Positions 36,291-48,664 of a stretch of DNA of 64,000 bases are shown here, piece by piece (the first letter of the stretch is position 1; every line of letters begins with the position of its first letter). Origin of the DNA: Octopus sinensis (taxonomy: Eukaryota); NCBI RefSeq assembly GCF_006345805.1, contig NC_043015.1, forward strand, positions 18,352,001 to 18,416,000, read 5' to 3'. The position numbers and the translations under genes were made by a program. The notes beneath the pieces were generated by a model that searched no databases, was not told the DNA's origin, and saw nothing but the letters and a program-made list of their open reading frames with translations.

Positions 36291-37505
36291 GCGCTGTGTG
36301 TCCCACCCACACTTAAGAAAACTTCTCACATAACAAACCAATCTACATCTCTATATCTCTTCTCTTCCTCACATTTCTTCTTCATACACTATGCTTACCT
36401 CCTCTCCCCAATCCTATCCTCTTAGCCCTGTGCCACTGTATCATTGCTCTCCACTTGCCCCTGACATGTGTGTTCTACCTACATACCCTGTCTCATTGTA
36501 TTACTGCTATCTGCTAGCCCCAAACCTGTGTGTTTCACCCGCAAGTAACAAGAAAACTTTTCACTTACCCTACCCCAACAAACCAATCTACATCTTCACA
36601 TCTCTTTCTCATATTTCCTCCTTCATACACTAAGCCTAGCTCTCACTCCCCAATCCTGTCCTCATGGCCCTGTTCCTCTGTATCATTGCTATCTGGTAGC
36701 CCACTTGACTCTATATATACTCAGGTTTTTTGCCACTTATTTGCACTCTTCAATCACACTTCCTTCACAATATCATGCCACTTATATTATGGCATTTGAA
36801 CCTCAAGGGTATGCCCTGGCACTTGCCATCATCTATATCTCTCTCTTCCTTTACTCAACCATCCCATTTATATTCTGATCCTTGTTCCATCTCCACCACC
36901 ATCTCTACCACCATCTCCCACTTTCTCTTTCCTTCTCCTGCACTTCCCACAGGTTGGGTAACTATGTATTTCCTTTGTGGTAGTGCACCTGTTTCTGTCT
37001 TCATTCCTGATCTCTCTCTCTCTCTCTCTGGCCAGGTAACCTTGTACTTCCTCTTCAGCAAGACACCTGTTTCTGCTTCACTATAACCTTTCATCATCCG
37101 ACACAAAATCACCTCCCCTCTTGAAAGATTTTTGTTTTATGTCTTGCAAGTACTTAGTGACCCTGTCAGTGCAGGTACTACTTAAAAACACCCAGTCTAC
37201 ACTGTAAAATGGTTGGTGTTTGGAAGGGCATCGAGCTGTAAAAACTTGGCCAAAACTGACCTTGCCTGTGCTTGTGCCATGTAAAAAGCACTACTGACCT
37301 CACCTGTGCTTATGCCATGTAAAAAGCACTAAGTCCACTCTGCTGAGTGGTTGGTGTTAGGAAGGGCATCCAGATGTAAAAAATCCTGCCGAAACAGTCA
37401 CAGAAGTCTGGTGCAGGCTTCTGGCTGGCTGGCTCTTGTGAAACTGTCCCACCCATTGTAGCATGGAAGGCGGACGTTAAACGATGATCATGATGATGAT
37501 GATGT
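36290..37505 (+). mobile_element. Long family B element (pyrimidine-rich body, modules, (GAT)n tail)
   Basis: C/T-rich 36290-37130, modules 37170-37330, tail gcatggaaggcggacgttaaacgatgatcatgatgat at 37460-37503. Confidence 0.7.
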
Positions 37506-38039
37506 CCATAACAACTCAATCTTCTTTGCAGCTCATTGAATCTGATTCCTCTTATATCTCATTTTCCCTCATTTCTTCATTTGAGCTCTGTTATTCATAC
37601 ACACTATACACATTGTTGGCATTAGGAAGGGCATCCAGCTGTAGAAAGTATCTTTTTGAAACATTCTCCAACACTACTAAATTGATCATCTAGATGAATG
37701 TTTCCCAGCCTATTTACCTCCAGGCCCCTCTATATCTTTCCAGAAAACTGTATGCTCCAACAGTGGTTGGAAAAAGAACAAACAACTTTATTTTTAATAT
37801 TTTTGCATGATTATTTAATACAAAGGAATCTACTGGTAACTCTTTTATTGAGTACAAAAAAGTACATTATTGACTAAGAAAAAAAAAGTGGATCACTTTA
37901 ATGAGAACCTTGTGCCTGGTGACTATGGCACCATGCCTCACCACAATTTTCCCAGACATGGGGTGTATGCTCCATGTTGGGAATCACTGATATAGATAAT
38001 GGATGCTATCATTTACTTCTAGGGAGCTGTCTGAGCATT

Positions 38040-38284
38040 TGAAAGAAGCATATAATCTTTATCCTTTACAGGTTTCAATCATTAGAGTGCAGCCATGCTG
38101 GGGCATCACCTTGAAGAGTTTAGTCAAACAAATTGACCCCAGTACTTATTTACCTTTTGTAAGGCTGGTACTTATTCTGTCAGTCTCTTCTTCCAGCCAG
38201 CTAAGTTGCAGGAACAAAAACAAACCAATACCAGTTGTCAAGTAATGAAGATGATAGACAGTGACACAAAGGCACTACACCCAC

Positions 38285-38351
<67 letters not shown>

Positions 38352-38660
38352 CACGCTAGGAGGGACTCTTAAAGTCAAAACTACCAAAATAAACATATCG
38401 TACCGAAGTGGAAAAAATTTACAGATTTTTTTCTCTTATGAGGTTTTTCACGCTAACTACTTGATAATTCCTTATGAAGATTTTATCCTATTTTAAAATT
38501 ATATATATGTATATACAACGAGCTTCCATACAGTTTCTGTGCACTAAATTAACTAACAAGGTATTGGTTAGTAGAAGACACTTGCCCAAGATGCCATGCA
38601 GTGAAACTGAACCCAAAACCTCATGGTTGCAAAGCAAGCTTCTTAACAGTACAGCCATGC
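38040..38660 (-). mobile_element. SINE family A split by (TA)n and an insert
   Basis: 3' half 38070-38250 and 5' half 38520-38660 match family A in reverse. Confidence 0.7.
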
Positions 38661-38829
38661 ATGTGCCTATATTGATAGTTATTACTTCACATTTGCTACA
38701 TACAAAGTCTTTCTATTTTAGCCCATTTGTAATCTCACTGTATTTCTTGTGCACTTGTAATTTACACTGACTATTCTGTACAGCATTCATCATCATCATT
38801 GTCATTTAATGTCCACTTTTCATGCATAC

Positions 38830-39010
38830 ATATTGAGTACAGCCACTTCTCAAACAGCTATAAAGTCCTGTTTATTTTTGTCTTTGCTAGATTTACTTTA
38901 AGATCCTTCAATACTTGGTTTTGCTTCCACATTTGGAAATTATACTCCAATTCTTGGACAGATTCATTGAAGAGAACTAGGGCATCAGCATATAGGAAGT
39001 CCCATGTACA
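38830..39010 (-). mobile_element. RTE RT fragment
   Basis: - strand: WDFLYADALVLFNESVQELEYNFQMWKQN..KVNLAKTK. Confidence 0.75.
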
Positions 39011-39161
39011 GTTAGTAAAAAGACAAAACAAATGAAGATGTGGTTTTTACAAGCTATAGTACATGTAATCTGTCTGGAGAATAGGTAAATCTTAAAAAAA
39101 ATTATAAAAAAGAAGTATATTAACTAATATTATTTTAAGTGGTAAGCTTGTATTGACATGG

Positions 39162-39391
39162 TTAACCCTTTAGCCTTTAAATCAGCTATATCCGGCCCAA
39201 ATATCCTACCTTTTTTCACATTTAAACTAGCCAAACTTAGCCTCTTACACCTATCCTACAACATCATTCTAAAAACTAAATGCTCACATCCTTGAAATTT
39301 TATAGGTACAAGATAATGCATTATTAATTCAAAACAATATGAATAAATAAGCACCACATTTGACAAAGTAATCTGAATGCCAAAAGGTGAA
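39162..39391. mobile_element. Small piggyBac-type MITE (ttaa-ccctttagc..gaatgccaaaagg-tgaa)
   Basis: TTAA+CCCTTT left end, degenerate right end; the same right end (aatctgaatgctaaagggttaa) occurs at ~35052-35075. Confidence 0.65.
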
Positions 39392-40129
39392 TGGCAGCAG
39401 CATTAAAAATGATAGCTAGAAAGAGATATGTGGTGAGAAAAATAATGAAGACCATTTCTAATTTTCTCCAATTTTATATGGTGTATATAAGCTAAGTCAG
39501 CCCTGTGGAATCCACTTTACTCAATGCTATACACACACATGAAGAGCTGGGCTCAGTATTGCAAGGTAATGAAACACTTGTCAGGGTTATACTAGGTATC
39601 TGTTTACATTACAATAAGATTAACCCTGTTCACAATACAGTGCTAGTGACACAATACAATCTGCCAACTTCTTTATTTGGTCATCTACACTCATAGTGTA
39701 AATCAAAGGTTTGCAGATTTTATTGAGAATAATGGAAACCAGCACTACTTCATTGTTTTAAAACATTGTGCTATAAGAATGAAATATCTTAAGCAGGACT
39801 TTCTAATTCTGGACTTTAATCCCACACTAATGCTAACATTGTATTTTGAATGCATCCTAGGTTGATACAGTCTGTACTAAAGACATATTTTCAGTATGAA
39901 CTGATAATAAATATTTGCACTTTTCATTAACCTAGGACATTATCATTTCAACATACATTTATTTTAAGAACTATGAGGTTTAGAAAATGCTGTTTTAGTA
40001 TTAATGTTAAACACTGATCAATAACATATTGGTATTTAGTTAATTGATTATGCACTTTCTCCTTGTCATAACAAAAATGTTGACTGTTGAGTGATTTATG
40101 CTTTCAAAATAATTCATAATTTAGCGATA

Positions 40130-40535
40130 TCATCATCATCATCGTTTAACGTCCGTTTTCCATGCTATCATGGGTTGGACGGTTCAATCGGGGTCTGGGA
40201 AGCCAGGAGGCTGCACCAGGCTCCAGTCTGATCTGCCAGAGTTTCTACAGCTGGATGCCCTTCCTAAAGCCAACCACTCCGTGAGTGTAGTGGGTGCTTT
40301 TTACATGCCACTGGCACAGGTGCCAGGTGAGGCTGGCAGCGGCCATGATCGGTTGGTGCTTTTTACATGCCACCGGCATGGAAGCCAGTCAAGGAAGCGC
40401 TGGCATCAGCCACGTTCGGATGGTGCTTTTTACGTGCCACTGGCACAGGTATCACAACTACAATTTCCATTTGATTTTTTGATGTTGATGTACTTGACTC
40501 AATAGGTCTCCTCAATCACAGGGTCTCCTCAAGCA
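40130..40535 (-). mobile_element. Family B SINE, young, three modules
   Basis: High identity to 7135-7400; track ORF 40170-40505 resembles 7245-7520. Confidence 0.85.
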
Positions 40536-42029
40536 CAGTGTGTGTATATATATATCAGATATAAATGAAATATTTTTACATTGGTATAATGCCTCAGATT
40601 CACAGGAGAGGAAAATCAGAATCAGTGGCATTCAGGCTCTTCTATATATTAAAGATTTAATAAAAGGAAAATAACACCGAACTCCTTAAAGTCATGAATT
40701 TCTAGTGCACAGCTTTTGTATAGCACCTTATATTTTGTAATAGTATTAGTAATGTCAAGTAAAAGAACATATTAGTAACTGCTAATGATTACCATTGGCA
40801 AAAACATAATGCAATGACATTTTGCATTTGTTTTGCTTTAAGAAATGGACTCAGTAGTTAACTATATTCTTAATTTTGTTTCTTATACAGAAATATTTAG
40901 TCTAAAAGCAGAAAACTTATCAAGTTTCAGTCAAAGCAAAGCAGAATAGTTGGCACTATCTTATCAAATTTCAAACTTTTCTTTTCCTGTCTTGAGTAAT
41001 ATTTTTTTAGATAATTTAATGATACACTGCAGATGAGATATATATAAATGGCAAATTGCTACTGTAGTCTGCAAAAACATTGAATGTTTCTAATTTTGAT
41101 GGATATTAATATTTCTTCTTATCATATTTTAATTTTTTTATAGTTGATTAAAGAAAAGAAATTCAGTAAATAATTGGAAGTTGTTACATTTTGCTTCTTG
41201 TTTTGAAGTGAGGCAGGACATAAGGTGTCAGTTTGAATACTCTAAAGTTGAAATGATATGTATATGTAAGTGCATGTTATTAAATGTGTGATTGATTGTA
41301 TGTGAATGTGTACATATGTGTGCAACAGCTTACATGTGAACAAAAATGTCATTTGTTACAGGGTTCCAACAAACAAGTTTTCTATTTGCTTCATTTCTGA
41401 CAGTAAGAATGACTGTAATGTGATGCAGACCAACTATATCAAGGGTCTTAGTTTGTAATAACTATTTATATTTTATTTCATTTATTTTTTTTGCTAGTGT
41501 TTATGTCTTTTGCTAGTATACATTGGTGAATGACACCCACACACATGGCACCATGGGCAAGTATTATCAAGTATAGCCCCAGGCTGATCATTGCTTTCTG
41601 ACTGGAATTGACCAATGGAAAATTTAGAAAGCTTGTGTGTGTGTGTCTTACCATTGTCTTGACAATGTTTATATGTTGTGTGAACAATATCAACGTTTGG
41701 ATGGTGTCTGTTTAAACCTGCTGCAAAAGCGTGTTCTGCGATTAAATTGTTGTTCAAAAGACCAAGGGAATAAATAGTGCCTTTCTTGAAAAGAAGTGAG
41801 TGTTCACAATAGGAAGGGCTACAAAAATTGCTCATCTTATCCATGCTAGAATGATAAAAGTGGATATTTAGATGATGATGATGCAATATCTTTAAATATA
41901 TATATTCCTTTATGTGTTCCACCTGAAAGGCACTGTCATAAAAAAATTTGTCATACCTTCAATGACTTGGTATTTTTTACTATTTATGGCAGGATGGTCA
42001 CAGCTGGAACACTTTTTATCAAGTGCATA

Positions 42030-42235
42030 AGGGGGGCTGAAAAGTTCCTTTAAGGGTGTTATGAAAGGTTTGGTTGGAGGCCCAACCTTCCAAGTTCTTT
42101 TACAGGGCTCAGAAAAACTGAAGAACTGCTGCATTGTGTGAATCTGAGAAGGGATTATGTTGAATAAAATCATAATTAACTGATCCTCCTGTGTTTTCTT
42201 CACCCAAAGCCAAAAACTATGTTTTATTATGTATA
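42030..42235. mobile_element. mariner-derived MITE remnant
   Basis: gctgaaaagttcct and actgatcctcctgtgttttcttcacccaaagcc match the terminus of the mariner at 47318-47380. Confidence 0.6.
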
Positions 42236-42835
42236 ACCAGAATTCCAGAATAGTGTATATATTTTGAAATATTTTGTTTTCCAAATCACCAGGGACTATT
42301 TCCTGCATCCATATGGATGCAGTATGGGTAAATGTTTATGAAGTTAACTTTGCAATCCTGGAGTCCTGCATTGGATCTCATTGCATGACATCTTTGCAAG
42401 TATTTATTTTACCATAACTTCAGTTTGACTCAAATCATGTGAGGAAAATTTGAAAGAAGGAAGCTGTAAGGAAGCCTATCAGATGGATTGTATACACTGT
42501 CATGCTGATTATGCTTAAGAATTATGTTAAAGGCACATATGTCTTGGAATACTCAGCCATTTGCAGGTCAATTCAATGAGTATGATCAAACAACTGAAAT
42601 AAATATTGAAACTGGAGATCTATTGATTTTTCCAAATAAACACGGGGTGGTCACAACTGGATCATCTTTTATCAAGGGTCTGCTTGATTATAGATAATCT
42701 TGGGCTAAACAACAAAAATAGCTATAGTGTATAGTGCATCTCCCTCGAATTGCACACATGAACAATACATAGTAATACTTATATACATGAATTTTGACTA
42801 ATGTTACACACACACACACACACAACACACACACA

Positions 42836-42889
<54 letters not shown>

Positions 42890-43149
42890 TGTACAAACAT
42901 ATACTGGGAAGGTTGATGCTAACTTCTGAGTGGTGACTCAAACTATTAGAAATAGTTGTGAAACCTCCCTCAAATCACAACTGACAGCTAAAAAGACAGC
43001 ATGGTCCTACTGAAATGTCTAAAAACACATTAAAAACGAAAAGAGAAAGAAATAAGGAGGGCAGAAAACAGAATGAAAAGGAAGGCATTGCTATGGGAGA
43101 AAGTATCTATTCTAATAGAGTGTAGCATATAAAACTGAATGCTAATAGG

Positions 43150-43666
43150 CTATAATACATACATACATGGTGGCTGCCCCCTCGTTATCGAGTATGGCCA
43201 TTGCACGAAGCTTAATCAATGTTGTTATTGTGCAATGCCTGTGCAAGAAGATTTTGTTTTTAAGTGAGGAAAGGCTGTGCACTGAGTCAATCCCACTCAC
43301 TAAGCAACAGCAGCCATAATCCGAAAAGAAGAACAAGTCAACATCATCGGTAACCACTGAGTCGCAGGTTTTATGTTGGAGTTATCCCAGTTTCCGGAGT
43401 TACCTTCTCCTAGAAGGATGCCCTATCAAAGGCTAGAAGTCCTTCACTCCCAATGGTTTAACCGCGCGATCGGGTATTCAGTCCGATTATTTCTATGTCC
43501 CTGAGCATGATACAACCTTAAGGCATTTATTGGATGGCCTTTGACTCTCAAGAGTTCCTCCGCCCTTTGACGGGTTTTGTTTTTCATCCTACAGGGTGTC
43601 CAATAAACACCCTCCTCACCAAGCAAGCTTGGTGGGGTTGCCGGTTTAGTCGCTGACGACCCGACC
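43150..43666 (-). mobile_element. Non-autonomous RTE derivative (5' UTR joined to 3' end) with (ATGT)n tail
   Basis: - strand ctaggagaaggtaactcc is an RTE 5' UTR-type motif; 3' end ..aggggcagccaccatgtatgtatgta is similar to the LINE end at 53095-53135. Confidence 0.6.
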
Positions 43667-43828
43667 ATGCATACATACATACATACATACATACATACAT
43701 ACATACATACATACATACATACATACATACATACATACATACATACATACATACATACATACATACATACATACATACATACATACATGCATGCATGCAT
43801 GCATACATACACACATACATACATACAT
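43667..43828. repeat. (TACA)n microsatellite
   Basis: Direct reading; produces the MYVC/HTYI ORFs. Confidence 0.98.
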
Positions 43829-43899
43829 GATTTCCTTTCAGCTTTTGGTAGTTGCTTGCAATCTCTCGTTAGGGTCCAGCAGTAATCCGCCATCATGTT

Positions 43900-44823
43900 T
43901 ACATTCCCCTCCACAATCCACACAACTCTTGCCAGACCATGTTTCGTGAACCGTGCCTCTGCTCTCTCGCCTCACACCCGCACCACCGTTGCCTGTCTCC
44001 CGTTTACCACTCACCTACCACCCCTCCACCCTACCCCTCCCACGCACCATTCTCTGAGCCTTCCGGCGATTCAAGTACAACCCCTCCACTTTGCACATCT
44101 TCCCCAACCTACCCCTTCCCTCCTTCAAACAAGCCCACAACCTACGTGACCTCCTAGTCCACAGTTTCTTCCCTAATCCTACCTCTCAACCTGGCTCGTT
44201 CCCCTGCTCCCGCCCACTTGCCGCTACCTCTCTGACACCATCATCCTCACAAGCACCCATCATCGTCCCAATCATATCACTGACTCCTTTACATGCACTT
44301 CTAGCAACGTTATTTACTGCATCTCCTGCTCTTTCTGTCCTTCTCTGTACATCGGTCAAACGGAACGCTGCTTGGTTGACCGGTGCGCGAAGCACCTCCT
44401 AGAGATTATCTGCACACCCACACACTATCATCTGCACACCCACACAACCATCATTCACACACCCACACAATACAGACGCACACATCAAAGTCACTAGCCA
44501 CTATCCACACACACACACACTTATACACTCTCACATAGGCACACGCACGCAAACCCGCGTTTTGGGATCACCAGTACTTTATTATCTCCCTTCTTCCTAG
44601 TTCTCCTGTCCAACTACCATTTTCCAACCAGTCACCATGATTGATCGCTAAATCCACAAGTTTTAAAAAATTCTCTCTCTGTTTATTTCCTTGTGTTCCT
44701 TTCTGTTGAAGAGCGTAGGCTCGAAACGTAAGAGACATTCTCACTTTACCGAGCGTCAAACTAATACGCCTGCTTGTTGTTTATAAACGTGTCTTCGTCT
44801 TTTGTTTTTCCGTAAATTTCAAC

Positions 44824-44830
<7 letters not shown>
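43900..44830 (+). mobile_element. Penelope-like element 3' part (GIY-YIG plus pLTR-type end)
   Basis: LTYHPST..IFPNLPLPSFKQAHNLRDLLVH..PGSFPCSRP..HITDSFTCTSSNVIYCISCSFCPSLYIGQTERCLVDRCAKHL; 3' end has ctgttgaagagcgtaggctcgaaacgt. Confidence 0.85.
44698..44734 (+). ncRNA. Hammerhead-ribozyme-like motif with non-canonical core
   Basis: ccttt-CTGTTGA-A-GAGC-gtag-GCTC-GAAA-C-GTA-agag: stem II of 4 bp, loopless stem III, NUH triplet GUA, stem I cttt/agag. Confidence 0.5.
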
Positions 44831-44877
<47 letters not shown>

Positions 44878-45127
44878 TACATTTATCTATGCACACGTAC
44901 ACACACACATATACGCATACACATACATGATGTCTATTGAAATTTTCTTGTCAACAAACCCTCCATTAGTTTTGTACTAGAAAAGTAGGTTCAGGGCTAG
45001 CGACAGAAAGGGCATCTAGCTGTAAAAACAATGCCTGTGTAATAGTAGTCTTTTAACCCTTGGCAGTATGGAAAAACAAACGTAAAACGAATGGAAAAAA
45101 AGAGAACGCCCTCACCTTCCATATATA

Positions 45128-45430
45128 TATAGGCTCAGGAGTAGCTTACTCACCAACCACATGGTTCCGGGTTCAGGCCCACTGCGTGGCACCTTGGGCA
45201 AGTGTCTTCTACCATAGCCTCGGGTCGACCAAAGCCTTGTCAGTAGATTTGGTAGACGGAAACTGAAAGAAGCCCGTCGTATATGTGTATATGTGTATGT
45301 GTGCGCGCGCGTGTGTGTTTGTGCGTCTGTGTCCTCCCAACATCGCTTGACAACCGATGCTGGTGTGTCTTCGTCCCCGTAACTTAGCGGCTCGGCAAAA
45401 GAGACCGATAGAATAAATACTAGGCTTACA
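45128..45430 (+). mobile_element. SINE family A, 3'-truncated
   Basis: aggctcaggagtagc..ggttccgggttcaggccc head and family A body. Confidence 0.85.
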
Positions 45431-46611
45431 GAGCAGAGTTGAAGGTCAACCTTTACCCAGCAGCTTCACTCTGTGTGCTTTAGCTTCGTTACTATGGTAA
45501 CAGTCCAGATATTTATTGATCAGACAACGTATACACAAAATCTGAAATATGCATCAAGAAAAGAACTCGACTGCAAAGACAGATGCAACGAGGCCGTGCT
45601 AACAAGTTCCATGAAAAATGAGATGATGTTTCTCCAACTGTTACAGCCAATACTTTTTGTAATGGTTAGAATAAGTGTGCCATAGAAAGTAGAGTAGGCA
45701 TAGAAAGTAGAGTAGAATATCTGCCTATAATGTCAACCAGGAAGGATAATGACAAGGACAATAATAGTAGGAGACACAGACCACATAGGCCTGACGTGCA
45801 CCGGTTAAAGAGCGGCAAATAAAAGTGGCAATGACGGCAAAGGTAACAGCAGGAGAAAGGGAAACAGAAAGAAAAGAAAGAGCGTAGAGGAAAAAGACAA
45901 GAAGAAGAGACATGAAAACAAAAATAAAGGAGAAACTGGGTTTGTGAGAATATTAAAAGCTATGTAAAGAGGCGCGGTCTTGTTAGAAGCAGGTATTGTC
46001 TTAGGCCAAACCTACCACTCACCAACATGCAAGAAACATGCTCTCCTAGATGCTGTCCAACACATCTGAGAATAGTTCGTCAGATAGCGTTTGCTTTATG
46101 TCTGAAAGCCAACGTGGCTTACAACATAATTTGCACATGTGCGGAAACCTGTGTAGGATTTACCTAACTTCATCACAAGATATTGGAACATTTTTACAAA
46201 GCTGCTTCACCAAGCGCAGTGCTCCAATTCAGAGTTGGATGAGATGCTGTAAACCTTCGGATTGACGAAGTGTACTTTCTTACAAAAAGTACTAAAACTT
46301 ACTTTGTATCGATTGAGTGAGTTCGACATACAGAATTACAGAGTTGTCGACTAACACAAATAAAAATGTTGGAAAAACTTTGTAGAAATGCTGGAAAATG
46401 ACAGTAAATTCAAAATTTGTTTTTAGTAAATTACAAGAAATATATTTCATAGTTTATAGCTAATTTTGTATATTACTGTATTCATTACAAACATTTTCCA
46501 GGTAACACTTGTTTTTTTTTCTAGATTTTTAAATCTTAAAATTAGGGGTTTGCCTTATACACAAAAATTAAGTGGGTACCAGAAAATCTTTTTGTATGCA
46601 TTCATATATAT

Positions 46612-47020
46612 ATAGGCGCAGGAGTGGCTGTGTGGTAAGTAGCTTGTTTACTAACCACATGGTTCCGGGTTCAGTCCCACTGCGTGGCATCTTGGGCAAG
46701 TGTCTTCTACTATAGCCTCGGGCCGACCAAAGCCTTGTGAGTGGATTTGGTAGACGGAAACTGAAAGAAGCCCGTCGTATATATGTATATATATATATGC
46801 GTGTGTGTGTTTGTGTGTCTGTATTTGTCCCCCTAGCATTGCTTGACAACCGATGCTGGTGTGTTTGTGTCCCCGTTACTTAGCGGCTCGGCAAAAGAGA
46901 CCGATAGAATAAGCACTGGGCTTACAAAAGAATAAGTCCCGGGGTCGAGTTGCTCGATTAAAGGTGGTGCTCTAGCATGGCCGCAGTCAAATGACTGAAA
47001 CAAGTAAAAGAGAAAGAGTA
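46612..47020 (+). mobile_element. Young full-length SINE family A (tRNA-derived head)
   Basis: A-box-like tggctgtgtggtaag, B-box-like ggttcagtccc, (aaaagag)-type tail, sits in a (TA)n context. Confidence 0.9.
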
Positions 47021-47230
47021 TATATTATAGATATAGTTCATTTTGAATTTAATTTGTTTTGGGTTACCTTGATAACATTGTATGCCTTTAAGTTTTGGAT
47101 ATATTGGCTGATTGGTATTTTGTACCTTTTTTCTCTATTTGAAGATGTTGGCACTATAGAAACGATTGTCGGTATTGTATGGTGTAATCACCAATTAAAG
47201 AGGTGATTTTCTCCATTCTTGTTCCTGTTG

Positions 47231-47287
<57 letters not shown>

Positions 47288-47317
47288 ACACACACACACA
47301 AACACACACACACACAC

Positions 47318-48240
47318 ACGAGTTATGCTGAAAAGTTCCTGGCTTTGGGTAAAAGAAAATACAGGAGGATCAGTTATGAGTTTATGCAACATTTTCTTTA
47401 GATTCACACAATCATTGCAGTGGTTTTTCAGTTTTTCTAAGCCCTGTACAAAGAACTCGGAAGGTTGTGCCTCTAAAAAGGCCTCTGTAACAGCGATCAC
47501 TTCTGAATCGGAGTGAAATTCGTTCCCTTGAGATGTTTCTTCAGTTGTGGAAAGAGGCGATAGTCGGAGGGGGCTAAGTCAGGAGAGAAAGGTGGGTGGT
47601 TTATCAATTGGAAGCCAAAGTTGCGTTTTTTCCGTAGGGTTTCATGTGCTGTGTGTGTACTGGTGCATTGTTCTGAAAAACAGAACACCACAGCTCAGCT
47701 TTCCACGGCATTTCTGCTTCAAAACTTCACGCAGTTCGTCCAGCAGTGACGTGTAGTATTCTGCGTTGATGGTGCGACTCTTTGGCAGGTATTTTATGAG
47801 GGGTACTCCGTCTTTGTCCCAGAACACTGAAGTCAGAATCTTTCCAGCTGGCATTTGGCTCCGAAACTTCTTGGAACGCGGTGAACGCTATGGCGCCACT
47901 CCATTGATTGATGCTTTTTCTGGGGATCATAATGCTAAAGCCAATGGTGACTAAACGAGCCATAAAATCATCCTCTCCTGCTGCAAACCGATCCAAAATC
48001 ACCTTTGACGTCGTCTTACTGATGCACTTTGGATCTGTGCTCGGGCATTTCGGCACCCATTTTGAGGAAGGCTTTCTCATATCCAGAATGTTGTGGATGA
48101 TGTGACCATTTCGTGGGAAATCCCCAGAGTCTCAGCTGTGACTTTAGCTGAAATCCGGCGGTCCTCAAGAATCATGACGTACATAGCGTTGGCTTTTGGC
48201 CGTCCCGATCAAGGTTCATCTGTGACCTTGTAATAACCAG
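47318..48240 (-). mobile_element. mariner transposase pseudogene, one TIR retained
   Basis: DEP*SGRP, ILEDRRIS, KWVPK, HYDP, VFWDKDGV, TINAEYY, NAPVHTA, HPPFSPDLAPSDYRLFPQLK. First catalytic D region deleted, second D appears as N, several frameshifts. Confidence 0.92.
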
Positions 48241-48616
48241 TCCGAAACCTTGACACTTAGGTATATATGTTAGAAGAAAAAGACAAAACAAAAACCAAGG
48301 AAGGACAGGTATCTCAAGTGATAGGCTAGCGTGTCCGTACACTGAGTATTCCATCACCAGAGACAAAGTGAGTATGTTTGAAAGTTCTAGACAGGGAAAT
48401 TCGCAGCCTATAAGGACTATAATAATGAATAAAATAGTAGATGGAAGAATAAAGAGTAAAGCAGCGGATAGAATACCTAAGGGTGGATAGAAGAATACCT
48501 AAGGGACTATACCTTCACGAAGTATGGACTAACCTCCTTATCCTCTGGAAGAAGATGAACTGTGAACTTTATTCTCCTGTCTGTATTCTTCTATCCACTG
48601 ATTTAATATAATATAT

Positions 48617-48664
<48 letters not shown>

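Noticed and set aside
36730-37112. 118-aa hydrophobic ORF suggesting a membrane protein
   Set aside because: Lies in the C/T-rich body of a family B repeat.
43400-43666. HDV-like ribozyme at the RTE 5' end
   Set aside because: Expected from RTE biology, but I could not assemble P1/P1.1/P3/L3 by eye; needs an RNArobo/Infernal search.
45725-46265. Lys/Arg-rich and Cys-rich reading-frame fragments
   Set aside because: Broken by stops and frameshifts, no recognisable motif, composition explained by an A/G-rich tract.
46612-46690. tRNA genes at SINE heads (also 45128 and 56832)
   Set aside because: A/B-box-like motifs only; no full cloverleaf, and each continues into a SINE body.
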